DNA of 63,717 nucleotides, the filler included, from Collodictyon triciliatum (lineage: Eukaryota), in assembly GCA_043381765.1 (NCBI GenBank). It is 4 parts of 4 records of this genome, joined end to end, with 100 filler letters (N's around TTAATTAATTAA, not from the genome) between each part and the next. Parts side by side here need not be neighbours in the genome. Positions count along the whole stretch, not along the records: positions 1 to 17,645 come from JBHJMP010001433.1; positions 17,746 to 35,384 come from JBHJMP010001434.1; 2 more parts are not named here. One strand, given 5' to 3'. Below, piece after piece: positions 1 through 17,953 of this stretch; positions within the stretch are counted from its first letter, which is position 1; each line of letters opens with the position of its first letter. The notes under the pieces are model-generated. The model did not search any database, was not told where the DNA came from, and saw only the letters and a list, made by a program, of their open reading frames with translations. A program made the translations under genes and the position numbers.

Positions 1-150
1 AAAAACAAAAAGAAAAACAAAAAGAAAAACAAAAAGAAAAACAAAAAGAAAAACAAAAAGAAAAACAAAAAGAAAAACAAAAAGAAAAACAAAAACAAAA
101 ACAAAAACAAAAACAAAAACATAAAGAAAAAGAAAAAGAAAAGAAAAACC
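1..150. repeat. Compound (AAAAAC/AAAAAG)n microsatellite upstream of the cyclase gene
   Basis: Direct reading. Confidence 0.9.
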
Positions 151-280
151 CAATTGAACAATACTCATGATTTATGATTTAAGTAATGTTGAAGCTATCC
201 TTTCATTTCATTTTTTTAAACAGGGCTTTATTCACTTCGCCATCAAACGAGCGTCAGACCCAGACTTGCCGCAGAGCTGA

Positions 281-839
281 ATGGCGTCGTCTTCGTTTGA
301 TGCGAAGCAGTGTTTGGCTGTCTCAAGCTTTCTCCCCAGAAGCGTTGTTCAGTGGATCGCTGAGCGACCATTCAATGAAGGAGCCGAAGTGGAGGAGTTC
401 ACAGGCGGTACTCTCCATATCCATTATCTACTCATACGTCTTTCGACCAGAGTTTTTTACATTCCCCTTACCCACTTCATTTAAGTATTCTTTCATCATG
501 AACCGCACTAACTCCGCTGCAATAGTCTTGATGTTGGTTGACATCAGCGGCTTCACGAAGATGAGCGAGCAGCTGAGCGACGCAGGCCCGGCCGGGTTAG
601 AGACTATCACAAAGTAAATTGTTGATATATTCTCAAGCATTCTAGACAACATCTCATCTCTATTTATTTATTTATTTATTTATTTATTTATTTCTTTGGC
701 GTTTTCATGCTGACTTTTATACAATAACACTACAGGCATTTGAATTCTTTCTTCGGCCAATTGATCGACATTGTAGACGGCCACGGTGGCGACGGTATGT
801 TTTCACAATGGCTTTTTTCTTTTTCTTTTCTTTGTTTTC

Positions 840-933
<94 letters not shown>

Positions 934-3900
934 ATTAATGTATTCCTGCTTCATGTTGCATTTTTGAAACACGATATTATGATGTGTGCTTTTGCTAACC
1001 CTTACTGCCTGAGCCAGTCGTCAAGATCGCAGGGGATGCATTGCTTGTGACATGGAAGGTGGAAAACAAGCAGTCAAGACGAAGAATGTCGTTCCAGCAG
1101 AAGCGAATGACTCTGTCAACTGGAGACAGCAGCTTTGTCGATCGGTATGCGGCAGACAGCATCTCTGCTGCTACCATTCAGGCGGCCGTTTGTGCCATGT
1201 CGTGTGTTGACTTACAGCGATCATATAAGATTGAATCTCCAAATGACAAGAGAAATCCGCCACAGAGCGGTGAAAGTGGCCAACTGCGCCTGCATTGTGC
1301 GATGGTTTGTGGGAAGCTGTATGCAGTGCGATGTGGCGGTGAATTCTCATCTTTACCATACTTATACACACCCAGGCTCATATTCATAGATACTTTCTTT
1401 TATATGCATTTAGTTCATAGTCCCCAAGTAACTGATGTCTATTACTCGTGAATTATTATTATTTTTTTTTTGTGAACTCAAGGGTGCTTTTATTTATGAT
1501 TATTTTAATAATTTTTTCCAACAGCTTTTCACATGTTACAATTGTAACCATTTAATTGTCAAGGTGTTCATGATGTTTGGGACTATCTCGTCTGTGGTGA
1601 TGCCATCTTCGAGAGCTTGAGGAAGGCCCTTGGAAAATCTAAGCCAGGTCAAGTGGTTGTAGATAAGGTCGCAAAGTCCCACATAAATCTTTGGCTGGAC
1701 TTAAACCCGACACATCAGATGGAGTTTGAGGTTTTAACTTATTTGTTGTAATGCAGTTTGGTATATTACTGGGGGTCGTACCACAATCCACTCGAAAATC
1801 GGGATAACACTCAAATTTACAGGATTACTCCGACTGCAAAGACGTTTTCTTGATCAAATCAATATCTGCCAACTTCCGGCGTGACCAACCAGGTCAGCAT
1901 GAATCTAAAGACTTTTCATACTTCTCCCTGCGATTGGGTTAATATTTTCATACTTTCTCCATGAGTAAATTGGAGCTAATGTGCCATGCAGGTGAAAGGA
2001 TTCGTGAAGTTTCTCGCCAGGATTCACTGCAGTCCTTTTCCCCGTCGTGGGAATCAAACCATACCAGAGGCGGAGGTGGTAGTGAGCGCCGCTCTGAATC
2101 GTACGGATCAAGTAGAAAACTTCAGGTTGGGCTGTGTTCTTAACTTTTTTTTTATCAGCTTAAAAGAAATAAGAAGAAGAAAGAAATGCAAAGAAATACA
2201 TTATCCGCATCTAAACCATGTGCAATTATAGACTTGGATTAATCTTTTGCAACTTCGGAGTAACGACCTGGCTACTTTGAAGAAATATTTGCCTCCCCTT
2301 ATCAAATCCAGGCTTGAAGAGGCCCAATATGACTGCATTCCAGAGCTACGCCGATGCTGTATCCTCTTCGTAAGCTCTTTCAAAAATTGTGTTCGAAGCA
2401 GCGTTATTGATAATACATGAAATCCTTGTGACGGATTCAGTTGGGCATTAAGATTCTAATAATTATCAATTAACTGTTCATCATGCAGGTGGGTATCGAT
2501 TCTTTACACTTCCAGTCTGTAGAATCCATATCGCCCATGCAGCAAGCTTTCTCATGCATTCAAGAAGTCACATATCGTATGGATGGGTTTATTCGACAAT
2601 TCATCATGGTAATATTAAGTTTGACAGCTCTGATATGGTACTCTACATTTCAATATCACGCAAGCATGCGAAGAAATAAATATCAAAATTAATGTCTAGG
2701 ATGACAAAGGTTGCGTTGCCATCGTAGTGTTTGGAGCACCTGGAAAAGCACATGACGGTATGAAGTTCTAGGTTCAGAAGAAATCGAAAAAGAAAAGGAC
2801 TTGGAAAAACGAAGAAAAAGAAAAGAAATAAAAAAAAGAAAATACGTCCTTCAAGTGAATGAATCATGTTTCCCCTGTATTTACCAAATGCATTACGTAG
2901 ATGACCCTTCCAGAGCCGTGGAAACAGCGCTGTATATTTTCAATGAGCTGAAAGATATCGGTAATATTTTCCACCACGAAAACTGGCCTAATCTCTTTCG
3001 CTTCATTGAATACATGACTATGTTTTATGTACACCCTCATAAGCCTCATCTATTTAGGTATTGATTCGTCTATTGGGTGCACGTACGGGCGCGTTTACTT
3101 TGGAGACGTTGGTAGCCACGCACGAAGGTTTCTATTGTTCTCTATTTCAATCGTTACCTGATAGCCATTCATCAATCATTAACATATCATACATCATACC
3201 CTAGAGAGTTTGCACTTGTCGGCGGTAAGTTGTGTATCCAATTTAATTTTTTTCTTCGTTGTTGCGGTTATATTTTCTTCTCCATCCAAAGCACGATTCA
3301 AATCCATGAATGGCGAGAGCATATTTGAACCTAAAGCATCATACCGCTGTTAACATTAGATGTCGTCAACCTCGCTGCTCACTTGATGAGTAAAAAACTT
3401 GGCATATTAGTTGAGGACAAGTTACACGAGCTAAGTCGGTCATCAATCCAATTCGAAAAAGTGAATCCGGTAAAAGTCAAGGGTATTCTTTCTTCATTTC
3501 TACTTTACTGGAGATTCGATTTACATAGGCCAAATCCTCCGAAATATATATAACATAAGCTGCGAAAGACCGCATATGCATTATATGTAGGCCTCAGAGA
3601 TTATGTTAATCCTAAACTTGTTCTATCCAATATCATCAGGGAAGGATGCCCTTGTCACGGTATATAAACCGATTGGTATCCAACGGCCGACAATATCGAG
3701 TATGGATCATTTCAGGGAGGACGCAGAAAATTCGGAGCAGAAAAACCTGCAAACACGCCGAGCAGTTAACACTCTCATTGGACGTGACCAAGAACTGCAC
3801 AACGTGGACATATGCCTGAAAGGCTTGATTGACATGAAATCCACATGGTAAACTATTTTTTCCATGCTAATGATTAATTTTTACTCTCAAGAATGAGTAA

Positions 3901-6900
3901 TTTGAGAATATCATTGCCGAATACCTAATGAAGTTACATTCATCCCAATTCCTTTATTTTTAATATTTTATCCAGCATTTTCCCGTTAAGTGTACTTTTC
4001 AAATATCAAAAGTCTTGATATTTATTCACTTTCTTTCTTTCCTAGCCTCCGTAACATTAAACTGATGATGGATAGCAGCACCCCGCGATTGAAAGTACTG
4101 CAAATTTATTATTATCCTTATTATTTTAACCGTTGTGATTATTCTAGTGTTTATTATTTCATTTGAAGAAAGACCATTCATATTCCCTAATACAGACGCT
4201 GCTCATCTGTGGAGAAAATGGAATGGGAAAATCGATGATTTGTGAAAATATTGTTGCCTCCTCATCAAGACTCGGATTCCACACCACAGTAAACCGAAAT
4301 AGCTATTCAGACTCTAGTACACCTTTCAAATCATGGGTGTACATGTTGGATTCGATGTTGTTTTCCAACGGAAGTTACACTCCCGAACAAAAACAAGAGG
4401 TATCACATCGTAGTTTTCGGACTACAGTTCCATAGCAATTTGTTTTTGTTTTTGTTTTTGTTTTTGTTTTTGTTTTTGTTTTTGTTTTTGTTTTTGTTTT
4501 TGTTTTTGTTTTTGTTTTTGTTTTGTTTTCTTTGTAGTTGAAATCATTTAAGAGTTTTAAATTGATGAACACGTTGCGTTACACCAGCTCCTCAAGCAAC
4601 ATATATCTTCCCCGTCGCTGATGTTGTACGAGGACCAAGTCGGTGACGACGAAGATAACGAGTTTGAAGCACCGGCAAATCTTGAGCAGTATGTTCATCT
4701 ACTCTATCCACTTTTCCAAGTTGGTGGTGGGACGCGCGGTGCGCCGAAAACAGACGGACAGTCGTTCTTTATCAGAATCATGCTGAAACATTTGTTTTTG
4801 ATTGAATCCCTACCTTATCCCAGAGTTGTCATAATGGAGGACGTAGAGAGGTATACTTTTATCTTAGAAAAACGAACAAACGAACAAACAAACAAACGAA
4901 CAAACAAACAAACAAACAAACAAACAAAGAAACAACTTAAGACTAGAAAAAACAGAATAACCCAAAAGAGAACAAACAAAATCAACTCCTTTTCGGAATC
5001 TGATCATCTGTTACCCTATCTTAACAAACTCTGACTAATCCCCCTTACAGATTGGACTCTGCTTCACTGGAACTTCTTCAGTTTGTAATCAAAGGACAGT
5101 TCCCTATTCTATTTGTGCTTTCGCACCATGTCACAAGCAAAGAAGACAGGCTCCCACACTTGGATAAACTTTTCGGCTCCAAATGTGAAGTGGAGAAGAT
5201 ATATTTGTCGCCTCTCGATCAACGGGCGACCACTGATTTGACAAAAGCATTTTTGGGTATCAAGGTGATGCCCCGTGAGCTGGAGGGACTCATCCTGGAG
5301 AGGACACAGGGAAATCCGTTCGTTATTGGAGGTAATCAATACGTATTTCATGCACGCCCACTGTTTATGCCGGTCTGTCCTCCTGTCGTCTATAATCAAC
5401 AGCCTACATTAAAAATCCATTCCCACTCTTTCCATAACCTTAATTAATTTTTTATATTTATTATATTGTTTCACAGAGCTTTGCTCGGCTCTAATGGAAA
5501 AGGGCATTATCAAAGTGGAAGCTGATGGCTCACACACCCTTCGCGACCTTCCGAATGGCGACCTCCCCATTCCTGAATCAGTGGAAGCGATGGTATGCGA
5601 TAAATATCTGTCGACATTTTAAAACTTCAATGCCGAATAATGGATAACTGTGCGGGTCTATGATTTCTTCTGGGATCTGAAATGAAATAATAAGGTAAAA
5701 ATATAATTCCGAATTATAAGGTTGTTCAAAGAATCGATAAGCTTGGGGCCCAGGCTATGATGGCATTAAAAGTCGGAAGGTGAAACATTATATATTCGTG
5801 AATTTCTTATAATTTACACCTCACTATTTTTTCCTTGAAATAGAAAAGATCACAACATTTGACTATTAGAATAAACATTAACTCATGCAGTGTTTTTGGG
5901 ATGAGTTTCTTCATCAACGACATCACAGAGATATATCCCATACATGGAGAGAGGCAATCTATCACAAAGCATTTGTTAAAATGTGTCAAGTCTCAGTTGC
6001 TCGATCGATCACCAAGTTCTGGCCAGTACGAGTTCCGTAGTAGAGTTATTCACGACACAGCGTGTATGCGGACACATCTTCCTTATTTACGAAACTTCAA
6101 ACTGGCTGTTGAAGCCCTATATATACTCATGAAGACAATTACGAAAGCGATTCATCTATAGTCCCATAACTCATTCCATTCATATTGTATCAATTATCAT
6201 AGATAACATGCTTTTGGTGACACAGCGGAAAACCCTACACCAGGCAATTGCCCAGCGTTTTGAGACGATGCAAAGACGCTTTATAAAAAACATATATCCG
6301 AGTCTGGCATTCCATTATGCAAATGCCGATAAATTCGACAAGGCAGCAGGTATATATGTGCACATTCCTCGCATCAATCCATTGACTTCGCCACCGGAGA
6401 TATTCCAACCTATTAGAGTACAATGCCATGTATCTAATCACTCGATAAACACAGTTTACTATGGTCAAGCTGGAGAGCAGTCTTTGACATCTTTTTGTCT
6501 CACCGAATCTATTCGTGTATGTAGTAATTCTATCTGTGCTTCTAATACATAGAAAAGCTTGAGACTCGTTCCCTCTAATTATATTTATTTCCTTTTTTTT
6601 TCTCCCGTTTTCCGCCAATTTTTAACACAATATTTTTTTTGATTTATTCGTCCAGACACAACATCGATAGTTAATAATAATATAGCAGTTCGTATCACCT
6701 AACATATACAACTTAGTTTCTCAATGAAGCGTTGGCCTTAATCGGAAATATGGAGGAATCAGAGCAGAAACTAAATCGTATTCGATGGCTGAATTCGCTG
6801 GGCGAGGCACACAAACTTAAAGGAGCACACACCCAGGCATCTACGTACGGTTTCAAGCGAATTCGGTTTTTATTGTAGTTGCAACTGTGATAGCACCCTA

Positions 6901-8115
6901 ATATCACAAACTTATTTCCCGTCACACAAAATATTATTATTATTACTCACAGCACCTCATACTATCTCTAACATGAGATGTTTCAATTAATTCACAGATA
7001 TTTCAAAAACGCACTTCAATATGCAAACTTTCCTTACAGTCAAATTGGCCGATTTTCAAATGTTTTAAATCGTTGGAAAGGTTTCAATGAATTCCTTTCG
7101 CTCACATACGCACAGAAGCACGAAAATATCTTCAAACCAGTCATCAAAAGAGACCTCTCATCGTCGAATGCAGAGGGATCGAACATGGACCATCGACGGT
7201 CTTTCATGGCGTCCCCATCCTCTCGTGATTTACTGTCTCCATCCTCTCGTGACCTAACATCACAAAGACCAGAGACATCAAATTCCAACATTAACTACTC
7301 TGCAGTGCCCACATCGGAGGCTGCTTACATTAACGAAAGCGTCATGATAATGGCTGCCAATATCTACAGCCAGTTATCACAAATATCCATCAAAAACATG
7401 AATCGGAGCGATGTCCTGTATTATGCTCACGAGGGCCTACGGATATCAAAGCAGAATAATCTAATAGGACCGCAGCTACGAATCTATAGCACGCTTGCAG
7501 AATTGGCTTCCTTGGAAAAACAGTACTCATACGCAAAGTATGGCTGATGTGTTGCTTTGTTCGACCTTACCATTCTCTATATAAAAAGATTTTTTTTTCT
7601 CGTACAGATACCCATATATTATTCGATATAACCTAATCATTCATCCATAGGGTGTATGTCGTCCGTATTCAGCGCATTCTAGCCCGTGCCTTTATTTCTG
7701 GAAAGTAATATACATCCGCATTTCATTCTGCGAATAAATGTACTACCCCCACTTACTATTATTTTTGCACTCCTTTTTTCTCCAACCCTCGTATTCCTGA
7801 ATATGTAATTAACCATGAAGGTTATTCGTTGACGCCGCACAGTCGCTCATGAGAACGGCCATTTCAAACCTCTACATGGGCTCGCTCACGCTGGCGCACA
7901 TGCACTGCAAACAGGGAGTCAACTATGCAATCTTTGGAAGTGACTTGGTCACTCAGGTATCTTGCATTCATCTTTATCCTTTTTTTTTCTTTTCTTTTCC
8001 TTTTTTTTCTTTTCTTTTGTTCTCTTTTGTTTTGTTTTGTTTTGTTTTGTTTTGTTTTGTTTTGTTTTGTTTTGTTTTGTTTTGTTTTGTTTTGTTTTGT
8101 TTTGTTTTGTTTTGT

Positions 8116-8148
<33 letters not shown>

Positions 8149-9837
8149 CATTTCTCTTTCTCTTTCTTCTCTTTTTTGTCATTTCATTTTTTTTCTTAAT
8201 CTCTCACTTTCTGTCTATCTTTGGATGAACTTGATTCGTGCTGATGTACACTGAAACTAACTTCATTTCACTGGAACAGGTTAAGCTCTGGAGCTTAGGT
8301 AGCTTTATATTTATGCTGAAAGGAAATCCCAGCGAATGTACCGACGTACAGAAAAAGATGCGTGATGCTGTTTCGTCTCTCGGAGACATGCGTTACCGTG
8401 AGTGGTACATGGGCCAAGCCGCGTTTCTGTGCGCTCGATACGGAATCGATTCGCGATATGAAATTGCAGCAAAGTATATTGTTTAAAATATGCTCCTCTT
8501 TTTTTTCTTTATCTTCACCAGTATTTTTTTTTCGAGTGATTTAGCCCGTTCGCCGAAGATGTCTTCTCATCAACTGCACCCTATACAACAGGTTAGAAAA
8601 GACGCTCAAGAACGGCCGTGTTGAGGAAGAGGTTGGATGGAAGATGGACCGCTGCATCAGCGTCTCTGCCTTGGGTCTCGTCGGAACAAACATTCTTGTC
8701 GCTAGACAGGTGAACTCATTTTGTTTGTTGATTTTCCAACCACATATTTTCATCCTTTTTTTTTTTTTTTGAATCCATCAACAACCCGAAAATTCAAGAA
8801 ACAAAACTCGAAAATGATAACAAAAAGTATGAATTAGGGTGATAAATAAATAAGTAAATAAATAATGCGATTAGGTGGTGTATCTTCTGTGTTCTCTCGG
8901 CCCGATTAGCCCGTTGCTGATACTTGCAAATATGGCGTCCATTTGCGCACTACTGCGGTACATGAAGCTAAACCAGCAGGAAAAATCCAAAGCCGAGAAC
9001 GGATTTACGGCGCGCAAGGCGTCGATGCAGATGCTGCTCAACCATTCGCGCTCCAAAGACGACATCCCCAATCAGCGACAGGAGGCCACACAGGCCACCG
9101 ATGCTGAGTTGGTGGAGCGGCTTTTGGCTCACATGGGCCAGTGTGTCCATGTGCTCGACTTTGCCCGCCCGATTCACGAGCGATATCTCGGGGCCTTTGA
9201 GTTGCTGAAGGGAAACAACGCCCGGGCTCTCGCTCACTTCCAGAGGTATTAAATCAGCATTAGGGGTTGGCTTGGGTCTTTTTTTTTGGAAGACTCTCTT
9301 CTATTCCCTTTTTATATGCATTCTTCCTTTCAGTTCACTCTTCTATTCGTTGTTGGCTCATATGCCAAATTTTCTTCCCTCGCGTAATTAATTACATGCA
9401 TTTATGTCTGATTCTTGGCAGTTTACGAACATGCGTATAATTCTTCTTTTTCTTCTTTTTCTTCTTTTTCTTCTAGAGCATATGAAATGGCCCAGGACTA
9501 TGAGAACGACTATGAAATGCTGGCCTCCTCTGTGGAAATGTCTCGAGCGGTTGATGATACCGACGACTACTTTGCACAAAAGTCAGCCATTTTCCTCCAT
9601 CCTTTTCCATCTTTCTTCTATTCTTTTATTTTTTTTCCTCTCTCCTTCTTTTTCTTCTCATTCTTCATCCTTTTCTCTTTTTCTCATTCACTCAAATATG
9701 CTCGCACATATGGAACATTTATCAATTCCTTTGTGCAACCCAACAGTCCCAAGTATCTGCAACCTGAGAAGCTCGCGCACTACTCGCAGCTGTCCAACCA
9801 TCTGGCTTTTATCGAGCAGCAGTCGGTCATTCTGTAA
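281..9837 (+). CDS. ADCY10: Soluble adenylyl cyclase type 10-like protein (two class III cyclase domains, STAND-type P-loop NTPase, helical/TPR-like C-terminus); about 30 exons
   Basis: Spliced GT-AG exons give VLMLVDISGFTKMSE, GHGGDVVKIAGDALLVTW, ELRRCCILF, FIRQFIMDDKG, SIGCTYGRVYFGDVG, REFALVGDVVNLAAHLM, LIGRDQEL, Walker A GENGMGKS (4211-4234), VIMEDVE-RLDSAS, RTQGNPFVI and SLAFHY. ATG at 281, TAA ends at 9837. Confidence 0.9.
843..932. repeat. (TTA)n microsatellite, intronic
   Basis: Direct reading. Confidence 0.95.
4440..4525. repeat. (TTTTTG)n microsatellite, intronic
   Basis: Direct reading. Confidence 0.95.
8026..8143. repeat. (TTTTG)n microsatellite, intronic
   Basis: Direct reading. 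Confidence 0.95.
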
Positions 9838-10753
9838 TCAACCCCAACAACCTTCAAAGGAAAAAAAAAAAAAAAGGAAGAGGAAATAATAGCCACGAAA
9901 TAGAAAAGAAAACACAAACACAAACAACCAGATCTGCAGCCATTCCTTAGATGCAACTCATGATCGTATTTCTCTCTCTCTCTCTTTCTTTTTTCTTTCC
10001 CCTCCTTCGATCACTGCTGTGCCAATCACTCTTCTCATATATCCTCTTTCATTATCTTTTTTGTTTTGTTTTGTTGTTGTCCTTATTGCATCAGTCTATT
10101 TCCTTCTCTGCCTCCTCAACGCCCATTCCAAGGCTACAATTACATGCCTATGATATTCGATTCGTCGCTGTTCCGTCTCTTTTTCATTTCGCGTGATGTA
10201 TTCTTAAGTCGCGATGCAACCACCACCATCACCACCTGCCTCGCATCCATTCCTTACCGACCTTCTCTTTTCCTCTCCTTGATTCCAAAGCGCTTTTGGG
10301 CTGCGGCCGTGATACGCTCAACCCTCAAAAGCAGATATCCACGCTTGCCTCTTATAAATACGGTTTATCAATCACAAATCATGTGCATGATTTCGTGTGC
10401 GTCGGTTGTTGCGCGTTCATCACAACTTCATCACGATTTCATCACTTCTGGAACGCATTTGGTAGCACCATCGAATTTGTGGCCTGCGAAACTGAGATCA
10501 AAAGTATTCTATGATCTGTTGCATCTGCGCTCGTCTTGGTTTCTGAACAGAGGCAGAATCGTGCTCGCAAAACTCAATCAAGGGCTGAAAGAAGAGCAAA
10601 GAAAAAGAAGAGAAGCGAAGCATAGCTGGTCGACTTTTCCTTGGCGGGATGCTCTTTGATCAGGAGTGTGTATGTTGATCGGAGTTTAACTTGTTTTGTT
10701 GATCTCGCTTCTTGAAAGGAAAACACCAAACACTTTGTGTATTTGATCCGACC

Positions 10754-11621
10754 ATGATTCTTCCAGTTCGTTGCTTCACCTGCGGAAAGGTAACACAAAC
10801 ACCCGTTAGGAAGACTCCGAATTAAGAGAACGTCCTTTTTCTTTTCTTTTTCTTTTTTCTTTTCTTTTTCTTTTTTCTTTTCTTTTCTTTTCTTCATTTT
10901 TGTTTTTCTTTATTTTTCTTTATTTTTCTTCACTTTCCTTTTTTCTTTATTTTTTCTTCGGTTGGTCTTGACACTTTTATGTATGCACGCCGCCTAGGTT
11001 ATTGGAGGAATGTGGAACCACTATCTGACTCTTCTCCAGAACGACTTTGATGAGAAGTAAGGACAATACAAAAGATCAGCCTATCATGCAGATGCCATTA
11101 TGTTGCTGAAACCGGCTTTTTGTTTTTGTTTCATTCTTTTTTGTCCTCTATTCGTTTTTGTTTCATTCTTATTTACTCTTTCTCGCAATACCATCAAAAT
11201 AAGATATGTGAGAGTATTGCTCGAATAAGAAGGGCAACTTTTTCTATTTTATTTTTATTGCTACATCGATCGCCTTATATGCCTAATCAATGCAAAGCAC
11301 TGCGTTGTCTACACTCGGTCTGAAGCGCTATTGCTGCAGACGCATGCTCTTGACCCATGTGGATCTCATGGAAAAGCTGCTCAAATACTCGAGTTTGTGG
11401 ATGCATTCATAGCTTATCTTAATCATATTCACAAAAACTGCGAGCATACCATTGATCCATTTCTGATGATGGAGAAATTGTTTAATACATCTGATATCTA
11501 ATGAGTTTTCTTATGTTTATGGGTCAACTGGTTGTGTATTACACATTTCTTTTTTATGGATTAACTTAATCTTCATTTTTCCCTCAAAAATATAACAGGT
11601 ACGGCAAGAATTGAGAATTAA
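10754..11621 (+). CDS. RPB10: RNA polymerases I/II/III shared subunit RPB10 (RPABC5)
   Basis: Exons 10754-10789, 10998-11056, 11298-11392 and probably 11599-11621 give [63 protein letters not shown]..., with the RCFTCG and RYCCRRM zinc-binding signatures. The last exon is uncertain (read-through would stop near 11412). Confidence 0.95.
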
Positions 11622-12669
11622 ATAAAAAACCGAATGGATTGGAAGAAAATGAAAGATAGTGGGATTGACTCTCGGTTTCTGAGTGGCAAAATGATTGCCA
11701 TCAGTTGGCAGATTCTCCTTATGAAATAAATCATAATCGCAATAACCCATCCGCGCTTTTTGAGAACTTGTCGCGTCATAACTACACAGACCGCTATTCA
11801 AAATACATGCTCTAATAATATCATCCGCTGAGCATTTGATCAATCTTCTCCATGCGGGGCCCCACACTCTTGATGGACGAGGGAAGCAGCATCTGCGAGG
11901 GGATTGGCGCAAAAACAAGATCTGGGAGATTGTGGCCAACCGCATGCTGCTCCCTTTTCCACATATGAATTTCCATAAAAGGGACCGACAGTTGCACTCA
12001 AGAGATTTCTCAACAGATTCGTAACGTCATTCACAGAAACAAACCCAACGAGGCAATTATTACACAGACCCAACAAATCTCTTTCTAACTCATTAACAAA
12101 CACACTTTCGAAACACTTCAGCATTGATTCGCTTCTGCTTGTGAATGATTAGGCAATCGCAGTTCACTTCTCGTATTTCCGTCACATTTTTTTGCAATTT
12201 TCTCTCTTTTTTGTTTTTATCTTTCTCTCCTTCGAGAACGTTGGGGCGGGTGTCTGTGTGCCTGCGATTCTTTGCCCAGCGAACCGCATAACAACGCATC
12301 CTGCTTCTTGTGCGATGGCGCACATTCGCGGGGATATTTGCGCGGAGGGGTTTTGCCTGTCTGTGTTTAAAGCAGCCGCTTTGTGTTGCGAGCTACGCGT
12401 AGGCACTTTAGTAGATTGCTCTCTGTGTATGCAAGAGTTTGATAAAAACAAACAAACAAAAGAGGCAGGAAGCAAGGATAAAAAAAAAAAAAGACGTTCT
12501 TTAAATAAAATATAAATAAAAATCCAACAAAATGAACAAAAAAAAAAAAAAAGTCTCATAGCCTTTCGCCGCAAGTGCCTCGGCGCCTCTCCCGAATCAG
12601 ACAGGACACATAAAAACAGCCGCAACTCACAAAGCCCACGGAACACCGGCCCGGCCTCCTCGGAACCGA

Positions 12670-16966
<4,297 letters not shown>

Positions 16967-17645
16967 TACTGCGCTCGACCCACTCTCTCACTGGTTAGAT
17001 TACATCCCTGCTCCTCCTATTATTCATCACAGCACCAACAACAACAACAATTATAATTACGGTACTCCATTCATGAGTCACAACGACATAGACACATCGA
17101 TTCATGACTCTTTGTTTCTTTTCCTTTCCCTCGCTTTTTTTTTATTCCACTTTTCGTGGCACTATGTGAGCTCTCCACTCCGTGTTTTTGTTTTTCTTTG
17201 CATTTGCACTCTCGACCATTTTCATGGCTATTTTATCGCTGAGGTTGATGTTAGGCAGATGACATCATCTCTTGTGAAGTATTCTTTCCATCACTTCAGC
17301 TTGCAAATGAATATAAATACCTGCACTTGTTCCTCGATGTCAGTTTGGTTACGAATAGATCTTAACAGCCATCAGACGGTGCCATCCTACATCAACTCGC
17401 TGAGTTGAAGACACAGCATCTATTGAATCATTTATTTTTACAACTTCGCGAGCATATGCCAATAACTAAGAAAACATCAGACAACATCAACAAAAAACAA
17501 AGAAAAACAAAGGAAGCTGTAAAAGAACAGATCGATTAAATATATAATATACGAAGCATGGGACATGGCTTTTGCAGCTGCTAGTGCGGATCAGTTAATT
17601 GAGAAACAAAAAAAAATGAAAGTTTACACGACACTTCCTTGATCG

Positions 17646-17745
17646 NNNNNNNNNNNNNNNNNNNNNNNNNNNNNNNNNNNNNNNNNNNNTTAATTAATTA
17701 ANNNNNNNNNNNNNNNNNNNNNNNNNNNNNNNNNNNNNNNNNNNN
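17646..17745. other. Artificial contig spacer (44N-TTAATTAATTAA-44N)
   Basis: Six-frame stop linker flanked by Ns, identical at three positions in the window. Confidence 0.97.
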
Positions 17746-17858
17746 TTTATCTTTATCTTTATCTTTATCTTTATCTTTATCTTTATCTTTATCTTTATCT
17801 TTATCTTTATCTTTATCTTTATCTTTATCTTTATCTTTATCTTTATCTTTATCTTTAT
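17746..17858. repeat. (TTTATC)n microsatellite at contig start, probably in an RPB2 intron
   Basis: Direct reading. Confidence 0.9.
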
Positions 17859-17953
17859 CCTACTATTTTCATATTCCAAATCCAACGACAATACAACATG
17901 TGACCTTTAATCACAGTAACTGAAAATCTGCGAATCCTATATGTATAACATAG

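Noticed and set aside
9582-9746. Hydrophobic in-frame stretch near the cyclase C-terminus suggesting a TM helix or a non-canonical intron end
   Set aside because: Explained by a canonical GT-AG pyrimidine-rich intron (AA|GTCAGC…CAACAG|T) that keeps the frame.
10474-10482. AATTTGTGG resembling a U1 snRNA Sm site
   Set aside because: No U1, U11 or U12 5' signature upstream and no clear 3' hairpin; likely a chance 9-mer.
10066-10659. 197-aa ORF between the cyclase and RPB10
   Set aside because: Non-ATG start, no recognisable motif, and it overlaps probable UTR/promoter sequence.
11840-12124. 94-aa ATG ORF on the minus strand between RPB10 and the RPEL gene
   Set aside because: No motif or splice support; cannot be distinguished from chance.
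17746-17858. Contig-terminal hexamer repeats (TTTATC here, TTTGTC at 52986-53104) as telomeres
   Set aside because: Units differ between ends, lack G-tracts, and resemble internal microsatellites where assemblies break.
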